Below, one piece after another: positions 46,983 to 57,361 of a DNA stretch of 64,000 bases (position 1 is its first letter; every line of letters begins with the position of its first letter). The position numbers and the translations under genes are program-made. The notes under the pieces are model-generated. The model did not search any database and was not told where the DNA came from. It saw only the letters and a list, made by a program, of their open reading frames with translations. The DNA lies in contig CAZWSL010000013.1 of NCBI GenBank assembly GCA_964636495.1, positions 10,537-74,536 of the forward strand, written 5' to 3'. This DNA comes from an uncultured Desulfobacula sp. (GTDB lineage Bacteria > Desulfobacterota > Desulfobacteria > Desulfobacterales > Desulfobacteraceae).

Positions 46983-48794
46983 ATGAGTTCTATTCTCAGT
47001 TTTAATAACATTTCAAAAACATATGGAGATGATACCCTTTTCGCGGATCTCAGCATTGATTTCAAATTGAATGAACAGCTCGGGCTTATCGGTATGAATG
47101 GTTCAGGCAAATCAACTCTTCTTCAGCTTATTGCGGGAATAACTGAACCCGATGAAGGCCAGATAGTCAATAAAACCGGATTAAGATCAGTCTATCTTCC
47201 CCAGGAAGACAACCTTGACCCATCAAGAACAGTGGAAGAAATTTTATATGACTCTATTAATGACGAATTTTCAGATGAGAAACAGCGTCATAAAATCGTC
47301 CAGAAAGCATTGGGCAAAGGCGGCTTTAGGGATCCTGAGATCGTATCAGAAAAATTGTCAGGAGGGTGGAAAAAGAGACTTGCCATTACCAGGGCACTCT
47401 GCTGCAAACCTGATATTCTATTGCTGGATGAGCCTACCAACCACCTTGATATTGACGGGATTCTATGGCTGGAAGAGAGATTAAAAACTGCCAGATTCTC
47501 ATTCATTGTTGTGAGCCATGATAGAGCTTTTTTAGAAAATATCTGTCTGAATGTTATGGAAATCGGAAAGTTTTATCCTTCAGGTTTTTTTAAAATCAAA
47601 GGTAAATACAGTAAATTTGATAAAGAGAAAAAAAAGCTTCTAAGGGCACAGCAGAAACAGCAGGTGGCTCTGTCAAGCAAAGTGCGGCGGGAAGAGGAGT
47701 GGCTGCGCCAGGGACCAAAAGCAAGAACCACTAAAGCCAGATACAGAGTTGAGCAGGCATATAATTTAAAAGTTCAACTGAATATCCTGAGGCAGAAAAA
47801 TTCTGAAACTGCTGCTGTGGACATTGACTTCCATGCCACTGGCCGGCAGACAAAAAAACTGTTAAAAGCGTTTCATATTAAAAAAATATCAGGTGGTAAA
47901 ACCCTGTTTTCTGATATCAGCTTTGAACTGGGTCCAAAATTCTGTCTTGGTGTGGCAGGAGGGAATGGCAGTGGCAAATCAACCTTTCTGTCGATTCTGG
48001 AGAAAAAGGTAAAACCGGATGAAGGCAGAATTCAGTGGGCGGAAAATTTAAAGATAGCTGTATTTGACCAGAACCGTTCAAGATTAAACCCTGAAGCAAC
48101 ATTGAAGCAGGCTCTTAATCCTGCAGGTACAGACAGCGTAAACTACAAAGGGAGTAATGTACATGTTGTCACATGGGCGAAACGCTTTCTTTTTATGCCT
48201 GATCAGCTTGATATGCCGGTAAAAAAACTTTCAGGCGGAGAAAAAGCGAGAATCATGCTTGCCAATATCATGCTATCTCCATGTGATATACTTCTCCTTG
48301 ACGAGCCAACCAATGACCTTGACATATTATCCCTTGAAGTTCTTGAAGAGAGTATAAAACAGTTTGCCGGAGCAGTTGTTATTGTTTCCCATGACCGTTT
48401 CCTTATGGAGAGTGTCTGTCACAAAATTTTATACCTTGACCCTGAAAAAAAAGCAGAATTTTTCAGAAATTTTGATCAGATTCTGAAATATAAGAATAGA
48501 AATTTTCCTGAAAAGCAGACAAAAAACAAGAGGGTCAGAAAAGAGAAAAAAGAGACTCCCATTGCTTTTACATATAAGGAAAAATATGAGCTGGAAAATA
48601 TTGAAGAAAAAATCTTAGAACAGGAGCAGCTGGTTGAAGAGCTGACATTGAAAATTCAGGAACCGTCAATAGTAAGCAATCCTGAAAAAATGCAGTTTTT
48701 CTGCTCTGAGCTTGAGAAAGCACAAACCAGAAATGAACAGCTCTATAAGAGATGGGAATTCCTTGAAGATAAAAAACAGAGCTCTTTTCAGTAA
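46983..48794 (+). CDS. ABC-F family ATPase (Uup-like), two ABC domains plus a C-terminal coiled coil
   Basis: Two Walker A motifs (GMNGSGKST, GGNGSGKST), two LSGG signatures, and no TM domain. Confidence 0.92.
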   Translation: MSSILSFNNISKTYGDDTLFADLSIDFKLNEQLGLIGMNGSGKSTLLQLIAGITEPDEGQIVNKTGLRSVYLPQEDNLDPSRTVEEILYDSINDEFSDEKQRHKIVQKALGKGGFRDPEIVSEKLSGGWKKRLAITRALCCKPDILLLDEPTNHLDIDGILWLEERLKTARFSFIVVSHDRAFLENICLNVMEIGKFYPSGFFKIKGKYSKFDKEKKKLLRAQQKQQVALSSKVRREEEWLRQGPKARTTKARYRVEQAYNLKVQLNILRQKNSETAAVDIDFHATGRQTKKLLKAFHIKKISGGKTLFSDISFELGPKFCLGVAGGNGSGKSTFLSILEKKVKPDEGRIQWAENLKIAVFDQNRSRLNPEATLKQALNPAGTDSVNYKGSNVHVVTWAKRFLFMPDQLDMPVKKLSGGEKARIMLANIMLSPCDILLLDEPTNDLDILSLEVLEESIKQFAGAVVIVSHDRFLMESVCHKILYLDPEKKAEFFRNFDQILKYKNRNFPEKQTKNKRVRKEKKETPIAFTYKEKYELENIEEKILEQEQLVEELTLKIQEPSIVSNPEKMQFFCSELEKAQTRNEQLYKRWEFLEDKKQSSFQ

Positions 48795-48801
48795 ACCAGC
48801 T

Positions 48802-48969
48802 CTATTTTTTTATGATAAATTCATCTAACTTGCTGAACAGGGAATCAGGCCATTGCTCGGCTTCTAAAAAAAGCTCTTTCTCTTCTTCTGTCAAGCTTTC
48901 CTTAATAGCTGCCGGCAGACTTTCATAAGCCATTTTTCGTTCTTTGTCGATTTTTTTTTTATCACTCAT
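48802..48969 (-). CDS. Possible unannotated 55-aa acidic protein
   Basis: The ORF MSDKKKIDKERKMAYESLPAAIKESLTEEEKELFLEAEQWPDSLFSKLDEFIIKK falls below the ORF-track size cut-off. It fills the gap between the ABC-F and rsmE genes and has only a weak AAGAG RBS. Confidence 0.35.
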   Translation of the reverse strand: MSDKKKIDKERKMAYESLPAAIKESLTEEEKELFLEAEQWPDSLFSKLDEFIIKK

Positions 48970-49063
48970 GATATTCTCTTTTATTTTATGAAAGATAAAT
49001 CAGGTATTTTGATTTTTTTGTCTCTTTACTTGTTGGTGTCAGACAGGTGTCAGCAGATTCTGA

Positions 49064-49774
49064 TTACTGAAAAAGCCTTGAGATCAAGGCAGTCACAGCC
49101 GTCTCCACCCTTAAAATTCTTTTTCCTATATTGCAGGAAGAGAACCCTGCAGCCTCCAGGGTTGCAACCTCTTTTTCAATCAGTCCCCCTTCAGGTCCGA
49201 TGACAAGCACTGTTTTACCCTTTACATTGGATGGGCACACTCTGGCTGCTTTTGGGTGTGCTGTTATGCAAAGGCTCTCTTTTGAAATCTGAGGCAGTTC
49301 ATTTTTAACAAATTCAGTGAAAAATCTTTTCAGGTGAATCTGAGGCAGGATTGTGTCACAGCTCTGCTCCAATCCGAGTATCATCTGTTTTTCCAGATTT
49401 TCCTTTGCAAGCAGGGGACTCTGCCAGTAGCTTTTTTCCACTCTCCATGAATTTATGAGGTAAATATGTTTAACCCCCATGCTTGTAATATTTTCAATAA
49501 TCCGCTTCAGCATTTTCGGCCTGGGCAGAGATAAAACAAGGGTCAGCGGTAGAGGAAGAGGGGGATCATCTGAGAGTGAGACTCTCATCTCAAAAAAATT
49601 TTCTGATATCTTAGTTATTATCCCCCTGCCTGTTTTGCCATTTAACAGGCCGCATGTTATTTTATGGCCTCTCTGGATTCTGTTGACACTTATAAAATGT
49701 TGAAAACGCCTGTTGTAAATCTTTACAATCCTGTCATCAATAAAATCTTTCTCTTTTAAAATAACAAGGTTCAT
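49064..49774 (-). CDS. rsmE: 16S rRNA (uracil1498-N3)-methyltransferase
   Basis: An N-terminal PUA-like domain and the C-terminal SPOUT motif VLVIGPEGGL...ILRVETA. Confidence 0.88.
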   Translation of the reverse strand: MNLVILKEKDFIDDRIVKIYNRRFQHFISVNRIQRGHKITCGLLNGKTGRGIITKISENFFEMRVSLSDDPPLPLPLTLVLSLPRPKMLKRIIENITSMGVKHIYLINSWRVEKSYWQSPLLAKENLEKQMILGLEQSCDTILPQIHLKRFFTEFVKNELPQISKESLCITAHPKAARVCPSNVKGKTVLVIGPEGGLIEKEVATLEAAGFSSCNIGKRILRVETAVTALISRLFQ

Positions 49775-49845
49775 ATCTTTACAACCGGGTCTGGATAAGG
49801 AGATTTGAGAAAAATTTTTTCCTCAAATCTCTTTTCACATATTTT

Positions 49846-51426
49846 CTACAGCTCAAAGGTCTTCATGCTTACTACAAGTTCAAGATCCTCAATCTCTTTT
49901 ACCACTTCAGCAGGAACAGGTGTATCTGTTTTTAAAAATATTATATTTCTTTCTCCATCCTCTTCTCTTCCCACAGTCATGCGGCCGATATTGATATTAT
50001 GTTTTCCAAGGGTCACTCCCATTGAGCCGATGGAACCGGGTTTGTCAACATTATGGATCAATGCAAGGTGTCCTTCCGGAATAACTTCAAGTCGGAATTT
50101 ATTAATTCTGACAATTCTGGCATCATCTTTTCCAAAAATAGTACCTTCAAAAATATTTGTCTCCTCCTGGGTTTTCACAATTATCCGCAGGAGATTTAAG
50201 AAATTCCCGGCTTCCCTGGAAGTGGATTCTGAAATCTTAATTCCAATTTCATTGGCAAGGGAGATGGCGTTCACAGAGTTGACCTCATGCTTTACAAACT
50301 GGGCAAGCATCTCTTTGATACCTGATATGGTAACTGGTTTGAGGTCCAGGTCAGGGAATTTGCCTATATATTCGATATTGACTGACTGAATTCCGCCTTT
50401 TGCCATCTGTCCTGCCATTTTACCCATTTTTTCAGCAAGATAGATAAAAGGTTTCAACTGTTTTAAAACTTCACCGGTAACCGAGGGAACATTCACAGCA
50501 TTTATAACCGTATCATTTAGAAGATATTGAATGATCTGGTTGGCAGCTGCCACTGCAACATTTGTCTGAGCCTCTTTTGTTGAAGCCCCGAGATGTGGTG
50601 TTGCAATAACCTGGTCAAGGGTTAACAGAGGGTTATCTTTTGGTGGTTCAGTCACAAAGACATCAATGGCTGCTCCTGCAACTTTTCCTGATTTTATGGC
50701 ATCATACAGATCTGTTTCATTAACAATGCCCCCCCTTGCACAATTAATGATCATGACACCATCCTTCATTTTTTTAAAGGCATCAGCATTAAGAAGGTCA
50801 GTGGTTGAATCTAATTTGGGAACATGAAGGGTAATATAATCAGAGCGCTCAAAAAGTTGATCAAGTGTAGCATATTCAAATCCTTCCTTCTCAATATGTT
50901 CTGAAGATATGTAGGGATCAAATACAATCACTTTCATTTTCAGACCTTTGGCAAGGTTTGCAGCAATGGAGCCGATATTGCCGAATCCTATGACTCCGAA
51001 TGTTTTATTATAAAGCTCGCGGCCCTGGAGGAGTTTTTTCTCCCATTTGCCCTCTTTTAATGATTGCGTAGCCCTTGGGATATTCCTTGTTAAGGCCATC
51101 ATCATTGATATGGCATGTTCGGCAGTTGTGACAGTATTCCCTCCCGGAGTGTTCATAACAGCCACACCTTTTTTTGTTGCATGGTTTATATCAACATTAT
51201 CAAGGCCGATTCCTGCCCTTGCAATCACCTTCAGGTTCGTGGCGGCATCAAGAATTTCCTTTGTCACCTTTGTCGCACTCCTGATGGCAAGTGCATCATA
51301 CTGACCTATGATTTCTTTTAACTCTTCTGGAGTCAGTCCGGTATTTACATCCAGCCTAATACCCTTCTGGTTTTCAAAAATTTCAAGGCCTGCTTCACCC
51401 ATTACATCGCTGACAAGAACTTTCAT
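49846..51426 (-). CDS. serA: D-3-phosphoglycerate dehydrogenase (long form with ASB and ACT domains)
   Basis: GVIGFGNIGS NAD motif, the 2-hydroxyacid dehydrogenase catalytic region and a C-terminal ACT domain. Length is 526 aa. Confidence 0.95.
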   Translation of the reverse strand: MKVLVSDVMGEAGLEIFENQKGIRLDVNTGLTPEELKEIIGQYDALAIRSATKVTKEILDAATNLKVIARAGIGLDNVDINHATKKGVAVMNTPGGNTVTTAEHAISMMMALTRNIPRATQSLKEGKWEKKLLQGRELYNKTFGVIGFGNIGSIAANLAKGLKMKVIVFDPYISSEHIEKEGFEYATLDQLFERSDYITLHVPKLDSTTDLLNADAFKKMKDGVMIINCARGGIVNETDLYDAIKSGKVAGAAIDVFVTEPPKDNPLLTLDQVIATPHLGASTKEAQTNVAVAAANQIIQYLLNDTVINAVNVPSVTGEVLKQLKPFIYLAEKMGKMAGQMAKGGIQSVNIEYIGKFPDLDLKPVTISGIKEMLAQFVKHEVNSVNAISLANEIGIKISESTSREAGNFLNLLRIIVKTQEETNIFEGTIFGKDDARIVRINKFRLEVIPEGHLALIHNVDKPGSIGSMGVTLGKHNINIGRMTVGREEDGERNIIFLKTDTPVPAEVVKEIEDLELVVSMKTFEL

Positions 51427-52514
51427 TACTTATTCTCCTTTGCAAAAATATCCATAAACTGAATTAAAACATTGATACTTTCCAAGGTTGCAGCATTATA
51501 GATTGATGCTCTGCATCCACCTACTGATCTATGGCCTTTTAAGCCGCCAAGACCTTTTTTCACAGCCTCTGCAACAAATTGTGCCTCAAGCTCTTCTGTT
51601 GGAAGCCTGAAAGTCACATTCATCAACGATTGTGAATCTTTTTCTGCAGTTGTCCTGTAAAAGGATCCTGAGTTCATATAATCATATAAAAGGCGAGCCT
51701 TCTGCCTGTTATGTTCATCCACTTTTTCAAGACCACCCATCTCCTCTTCTATCCATTTCAGAACAAGATCAATGGTGTAGATTCCAAAGCATGGAGGGGT
51801 GTTGTACATTGAGTTTTTAGAAGCGTATGTTGAGTATTTCAGCATTGATGGCAGGTTCTCATATGCCATATCCAGCATATCATCTCTTAAAATAACCATG
51901 CATGTTCCGGACGGTCCAAGGTTCTTCTGTGCTCCGGCATATATCATGCCGAATTTTTCCATATCAAGGGGTCTTGAAAAAATATCAGAAGACATGTCGC
52001 AGATTATCGGTATATTCCCGGTATCCGGGAAGTTATGGAACTGGGTCCCTTTGATAGTATTATTAGATGTCAAGTGCACATATTTTGCATTGTCTGAAAA
52101 TGGAATGTTTTTGGGGATATAAGAAAAATTTTTATCCTCTGAAGAGGCTGCAACACAGAAGTTTTTATTTAGAACCTTGGCTTCTGTTATCGCTTTTGTT
52201 GACCATGTTCCGGTATTGACATAATCAGCTTTATCATCACCCTTAAGAAAGTTCATCGGGATCATGGCAAACTGGAGGGAAGCGCCTCCCTGAATAAAAA
52301 GAACATGAAATCTATCATCAAGGTTTAAAAGCCTTTTAGCTCTTTCAACAGCATCATTAATCACACCATCAAAATAAGATGACCTGTGGCTTATCTCAGT
52401 AATGGACATGCCGGAGTTGTTAAAATTTAAAAAAGAGGACTGTATCTCCTGTAGAACCTTCAAAGGTAGAGCAGCAGGGCCTGCATTAAAGTTAAAAATT
52501 CGTTGATCTGTCAT
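51426..52514 (-). CDS. serC: Phosphoserine aminotransferase
   Basis: IFNFNAGPAALP N-terminus and the GAQKNLGPSG PLP-Lys motif. It overlaps the serA start by 1 nt. Confidence 0.95.
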   Translation of the reverse strand: MTDQRIFNFNAGPAALPLKVLQEIQSSFLNFNNSGMSITEISHRSSYFDGVINDAVERAKRLLNLDDRFHVLFIQGGASLQFAMIPMNFLKGDDKADYVNTGTWSTKAITEAKVLNKNFCVAASSEDKNFSYIPKNIPFSDNAKYVHLTSNNTIKGTQFHNFPDTGNIPIICDMSSDIFSRPLDMEKFGMIYAGAQKNLGPSGTCMVILRDDMLDMAYENLPSMLKYSTYASKNSMYNTPPCFGIYTIDLVLKWIEEEMGGLEKVDEHNRQKARLLYDYMNSGSFYRTTAEKDSQSLMNVTFRLPTEELEAQFVAEAVKKGLGGLKGHRSVGGCRASIYNAATLESINVLIQFMDIFAKENK

Positions 52515-52574
52515 ATGTTATTTCCTTTCTATGGTCTATATGGCATAATGGATTATTATTGATTTATTTTACAG

Positions 52575-54176
52575 CTAATTGTGTTCTCTTGTTTTGTGAA
52601 ACTCTATGTCCGGCCATTCTTCCATTGTGAAACTCAATTGATATACACTTGTTGTTAAAAAAGTCAACCACCCTTCAGCATCCATGGTAAGATTTGATTC
52701 ATTTTTTCTTTTAAACGCTTCAAATATTTTTTTATCATCACATGTTACCCACCTGGCAACAGATAGATCAATTGTTTCATATCCGGCATTGACGTAATAT
52801 TCTGCTTTGAGTCTTGCCATTGTAACATCAAACTGCAGGATTCCCACGGCACCAATTATATACATGTTTCCGATTAATGGCCTGAAAACCTGTATTGTTC
52901 CTTCTTCAGAAAGCTGGATCAATCCCTTCTGCAAAGCCTTTGCTTTCATGGGATCTTTCAGCAGCACTCTTCTAAAATGTTCAGGGGCAAAACTGGGGAT
53001 ACCCAGAAATTTCAGTGGTTCTTTTGCAGTGAACGTATCTCCTATCTTGATGGTTCCATGGTTGTGTATCCCAATTATATCTCCCGGATAGGCAATCTCA
53101 ACATTACTTCTCTCCTGTGCCATGAAAATAGTTGCATTGGAGATTTTAATATCCCTTCCTATCCTGTGATGTTTTACTTTCATGCCTTTATAAAATTTGC
53201 CAGAACAGATTCTGAAAAAGGCAATTCTGTCCCTGTGCTCGGGATCCATATTTGCCTGGATTTTAAATGTAAAGCCTGAAAATGCTTTCTCTTCAGGTTT
53301 TACATCCCTGGTAGAAGTGGAGCGTCTTCCTGGTTGAGGCGCTATTTTTACAAAAGTGTCAAGCATCTCTTTTACACCAAAATTATTAATTGCTGATCCA
53401 AAAAAAACAGGTGTCTGGGTACCATTTAAAAACAGGTCAAGATCCAGGGGATCAAGGGCTCCTGAAATGAGTTCGATATCATCTCTCAGTTCATCTGCCT
53501 GGGATTGGGTAACAAGTTTATCAATACGACTGTCAGTCAGATCATCAATCAGAATTCCATCATCTTTAGGGGTGTATCCTGCAGAAAATATACCCAGCTC
53601 TTTTTTTTCAAGGTTGTAAACCCCTTTAAAGCGTTTTCCCATACCTATCGGCCATGTCAGCGGGATACACTCTATTTGAAGTTTTTCCTCTATATCCTCA
53701 AAGATATCAAGAGGTTCAATGCCCTCTCGGTCAAGTTTGTTGATAAAGGTTATGATGGGGGTATTTCTCAACCGGCAGACTTCCATTAATTTCTGGGTCT
53801 GAGGCTCCACTCCTTTTGCACAGTCAATGATCATTACAGCGCAGTCAACAGCAGTTAAAACCCTGTAGGTGTCTTCGGAAAAATCCTTATGACCTGGAGT
53901 ATCAAGAAGGTTTATTTCATAATCCTTATAGGAAAATTTCATTACAGAGGAGGATACACTGATTCCTCTTTCCTGTTCAATTGAGAGAAAATCACTTGTA
54001 GCTGCCCTTGCTGTTTTTCTTGATTTTACAGCCCCTGCCTGTTGAATTGCACCTCCAAACAGCAGCAGTTTTTCTGTTAAAGTTGTTTTTCCGGCATCAG
54101 GGTGACTGATAATGGCAAATGTTCGACGTTTTTTTATCTCTTTTAAAATGGTGTTATCTATATTTTCTTTATTCAT
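52575..54176 (-). CDS. prfC: Peptide chain release factor 3
   Basis: [30 protein letters not shown] and NKLD GTPase motifs at RF3 length. Confidence 0.96.
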   Translation of the reverse strand: MNKENIDNTILKEIKKRRTFAIISHPDAGKTTLTEKLLLFGGAIQQAGAVKSRKTARAATSDFLSIEQERGISVSSSVMKFSYKDYEINLLDTPGHKDFSEDTYRVLTAVDCAVMIIDCAKGVEPQTQKLMEVCRLRNTPIITFINKLDREGIEPLDIFEDIEEKLQIECIPLTWPIGMGKRFKGVYNLEKKELGIFSAGYTPKDDGILIDDLTDSRIDKLVTQSQADELRDDIELISGALDPLDLDLFLNGTQTPVFFGSAINNFGVKEMLDTFVKIAPQPGRRSTSTRDVKPEEKAFSGFTFKIQANMDPEHRDRIAFFRICSGKFYKGMKVKHHRIGRDIKISNATIFMAQERSNVEIAYPGDIIGIHNHGTIKIGDTFTAKEPLKFLGIPSFAPEHFRRVLLKDPMKAKALQKGLIQLSEEGTIQVFRPLIGNMYIIGAVGILQFDVTMARLKAEYYVNAGYETIDLSVARWVTCDDKKIFEAFKRKNESNLTMDAEGWLTFLTTSVYQLSFTMEEWPDIEFHKTREHN

Positions 54177-54594
54177 TAAATTTGAATTTCCTGGTTAACA
54201 GCAGGGAAGGAGTGATTTCGACTCTACTTATCAATATCCTGTTTTAGGCAATATCCTGTTTTTGGTTTTTTTACATAATGTTATTCAATTTCAGCTTAAT
54301 TATAACCATTTATTTGATTAATCGAACAGTATAACATCTGTATGGCAATGTATCAATATTTTTTCCAGTCAGATATCAATCCAGAGATGAAAGATTCAAA
54401 TAATTTACCGATTCAGGTGTAATCCGGATTTTCAGGCTTTTAATTTAGGGGAATATACTCTATTTTATCATGGAATTGTGGGGAATAAATGAAAATATCG
54501 GAATAGATATAATTGATATCTGTAATGCCTGTTCAGTATGAATCAAAGGCAGAATAAAATTTATAGATAAAACAGGGCTGGCAAGGAGTGATAA

Positions 54595-55392
54595 ATGGAA
54601 TTGATAGGAGATAATCTTAGAATTACAAAAACAGATATTTATGAAGCAGTTGAAAAGCGGGATCCAGGATCGATTAAAAATCTTGTAAAATCGTGTATAT
54701 CAAAAGGAGCCTGTGCAATTGATGTAAACACAGGGCCCCTTGGTAAAATGGCTGAAGAGAAGATGACGTTTTTTATTGAAGCGGTGGAGAGTATTACAGA
54801 CAGGCCTTTACTGATTGACACCTCTAATCCTGTAGCAATGAAGGCAGGGCTGGAGGCTGCCAGTAACCAAACCGTCATTAACGGGTTTTCCCTTGAACCT
54901 GTGAAAATTGAAAAAATCCTGCCTCTGGCCAGAGAATATGATGCTGATATAATTGGTTTCCTTCTGTATCCAGACAGCAGAGTGCCAAAGGATGAAGCAC
55001 AGCGGTTTGAGATTGCTCTTGAGCTGATGGAAAAGGTGGAGGCAGCCGGCGTCTCAAAGGAGAGGGTTATTATTGATCCAGTTATTCCGCCCCTTGTGTG
55101 GGAAGATGGAATTAAGCAGGCAAGGGCGGTTCTGAATGTTATAAGGATTCTTCCTGAGTTGCTGGGGTTTGCCGTTCGAACAATTGGCGGCATTTCCAAT
55201 CTGACAACCGGGGCAGGGGAAAAAAAGAAGAAAAACAGGGTTGAGCAGAGCTATATTGCCATGCTGGCAGCTGCAGGACTTGATTATGCTCTTCTGGATA
55301 TATTAAACAAAGATGTGACCGCAGCTGCCAGGACTGCACATATTCTTTCAGAAGAAGAAATTTTTTCCTGGGAAATGGTTCCCGGGAAGTAG
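54595..55392 (+). CDS. Pterin-binding domain protein (methyltetrahydrofolate:corrinoid methyltransferase, AcsE/MtrH-like)
   Basis: MELIGDNL...AIDVNTGP, LIDTSNP and GISNLTTG are DHPS-like pterin-binding barrel motifs, after an AAGGAG RBS. Confidence 0.8.
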   Translation: MELIGDNLRITKTDIYEAVEKRDPGSIKNLVKSCISKGACAIDVNTGPLGKMAEEKMTFFIEAVESITDRPLLIDTSNPVAMKAGLEAASNQTVINGFSLEPVKIEKILPLAREYDADIIGFLLYPDSRVPKDEAQRFEIALELMEKVEAAGVSKERVIIDPVIPPLVWEDGIKQARAVLNVIRILPELLGFAVRTIGGISNLTTGAGEKKKKNRVEQSYIAMLAAAGLDYALLDILNKDVTAAARTAHILSEEEIFSWEMVPGK

Positions 55393-55488
55393 TCAATCTG
55401 TTTTGCAACAGCCTTTTCCATCAGGATAAGAAAAATTGTATATCTGCTGCTATAAAGTTCCCTTACCGGGCAGATAACAGTGTATAAT

Positions 55489-55995
55489 TTATAAAGTAAA
55501 CTGCCACTTGCAGAACATATCCGAAGGATGGGGATCAGGCGGTGCAAATACACACTTTACCTGAATGCGGTCATCAATGACTTTTGCAAAGCTTTCAAAC
55601 TCTTTTTTGTGCATATGCTTGCAGACATACTCTTTTTGTCCCCTTTTAAGACGGGCGATCTGAGTGGGGCATGAAGGGACTGTAATGGTAACCAGATCTT
55701 TTTTTACATGAAAATCATATCCCACGAGAATACACCATGGAAAAAGTTTCAGCGCGTTTACAAATCCGGTTAATCCTTTTTCTGTAATATTAAATTTTTC
55801 CTTGAGGTCTCTGGCTGCATATCCTGCAACTTTATTCCAAACCTCTTCATTTATTTTCTCTGCAGTGGGCTGATCAAAATTTTCAGTGATTCTGATGAAC
55901 CAGAAAGCATCCATGACTCTGTAGTTCCAGAGAAGAAATTTGATATAAGCCTGAAGCTCTTTTTTATCCATACTTTCAAAGATTTCAAAATTCAT
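55489..55995 (-). CDS. Uncharacterised cytosolic Cys-motif protein, paralog of 14779-15522
   Basis: ...[21 protein letters not shown]...[23 protein letters not shown] aligns with the C-terminal half of the 14779-15522 product. The start is set at MNFEIF (55995) after GAGGG. Confidence 0.6.
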   Translation of the reverse strand: MNFEIFESMDKKELQAYIKFLLWNYRVMDAFWFIRITENFDQPTAEKINEEVWNKVAGYAARDLKEKFNITEKGLTGFVNALKLFPWCILVGYDFHVKKDLVTITVPSCPTQIARLKRGQKEYVCKHMHKKEFESFAKVIDDRIQVKCVFAPPDPHPSDMFCKWQFTL

Positions 55996-56403
55996 GACAC
56001 CCTCTTTCATATGTTAATTGGTTGTAAAATAATCACTGCCATTATGATGATTTGTGTCTGTCATTATACTATTAATGGAGCAGCAGGCAAGTGCAAAGTT
56101 AATAGAAAACTGACCACGATATGGATACATCTGTATGATTTCATATCAGATTTAATACTCAGATAAATTTTATTAACAGCTTAAAAATCACATCAGCATC
56201 AAGCAGGTGAATCTTTAAACAGGAATATTGATACCCGTATAAAAATATTGACGATGAAGGCGTAAAATTATATGTTTTACTCTGTTTCAGCCGGGCAGAT
56301 ACCAGCTGCCGGGTTATGCCGGGTTGTTGAGAAAAAACAGTCTTGATTTCCTTTGTGACAGAAAAAAACAGATAACACATATGGAAAAGAGGTTAATCCT
56401 GTT

Positions 56404-57177
56404 ATGGACAATAGAAATATAAAGATATATGAGTTTGACCATTTTAAAAGTCATGCTGATATTGTTCACGCTGTATTTGCAAGACCCCAATTACAAGGTT
56501 CAGGGGGAAACACCTTTCTGGACAGAGAGAGTGATATGGGTGATACCTTTTCTCCTGTTGTGTACAACAGAGAACGCATTAAAGACAAGCTGGGTATGAA
56601 ATCTCAACTGTTTTTAAATCAGGTCCACGGCACGCAGATCAAGGTGTTGAAAAAAGCTGACAATGATCTCCATGACAGCTGTTCCGCCAGAAAAGATGCT
56701 TATACAGCAGATGCTGTTATTACAGATATTAAAGATCTTCTGCTTGTGATCCTGGTTGCTGACTGCCAGGCAGTTCTGCTGTATGACCCTGAAAATAAAG
56801 TCATTGCCAATATTCATTCAGGGTGGCGGGGCAGTACAGGCAATATTATAGGAGCGTGTGTCGCCAGGATGACAGAGGAGTTTTCCTGCAGGCCTGGCAA
56901 CATCAGTGCAGGGATTTCTCCAAGTTTAGGCCCATGCTGTGCTGAGTTTGTAAATTATAGAAAAGAGATTCCAGAAAGGTTATGGAAATATAAAGTAGAG
57001 AATAAAGATTATTTTGATTTCTGGAAAATGAGTTGTGATCAGCTTTTGGAGAGAGGTGTTAGAAAAGAGAATATCGAGAATATGGGAATCTGTACGAAAT
57101 GCAATATGAATGAATTCTACTCTTTCAGGGGGGAGAAAACTGGGGGCAGGTTTGCCTGTTTAATCTCCATGATTTAG
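56404..57177 (+). CDS. pgeF: Peptidoglycan editing factor PgeF / YfiH (DUF152, laccase-domain) family
   Basis: NQVHGT, DAVIT, VADCQAVLL, HSGWRG and C-terminal CTxC...FYSFR motifs. Confidence 0.85.
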   Translation: MDNRNIKIYEFDHFKSHADIVHAVFARPQLQGSGGNTFLDRESDMGDTFSPVVYNRERIKDKLGMKSQLFLNQVHGTQIKVLKKADNDLHDSCSARKDAYTADAVITDIKDLLLVILVADCQAVLLYDPENKVIANIHSGWRGSTGNIIGACVARMTEEFSCRPGNISAGISPSLGPCCAEFVNYRKEIPERLWKYKVENKDYFDFWKMSCDQLLERGVRKENIENMGICTKCNMNEFYSFRGEKTGGRFACLISMI

Positions 57178-57361
57178 TTACGGGAGTGTTACAGACTGTC
57201 TGTCCTGTTTTTTGTATTTGATTTGGCAATGAGGTTTACAGATATGGATTTCCAATCCGGTGAAAATATTATTAACAGGCATGAATGATGGAAAAGAATC
57301 ACCTGATTTATGCAGATTTATATCATCACATACACGTATAAAATTAATTTTGAGAGGATAA

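Noticed and set aside
49805-50389. 194-aa plus-strand ORF
   Set aside because: It lies entirely antisense to serA, whose homology is unambiguous. It has a Ser/Ile/Phe-rich shadow-frame composition and no RBS.
54639-55199. 186-aa minus-strand ORF
   Set aside because: It is antisense to the pterin-binding methyltransferase gene, which has clear family motifs and a strong RBS. Its Ser/Ala/Ile-rich composition is typical of a shadow frame.
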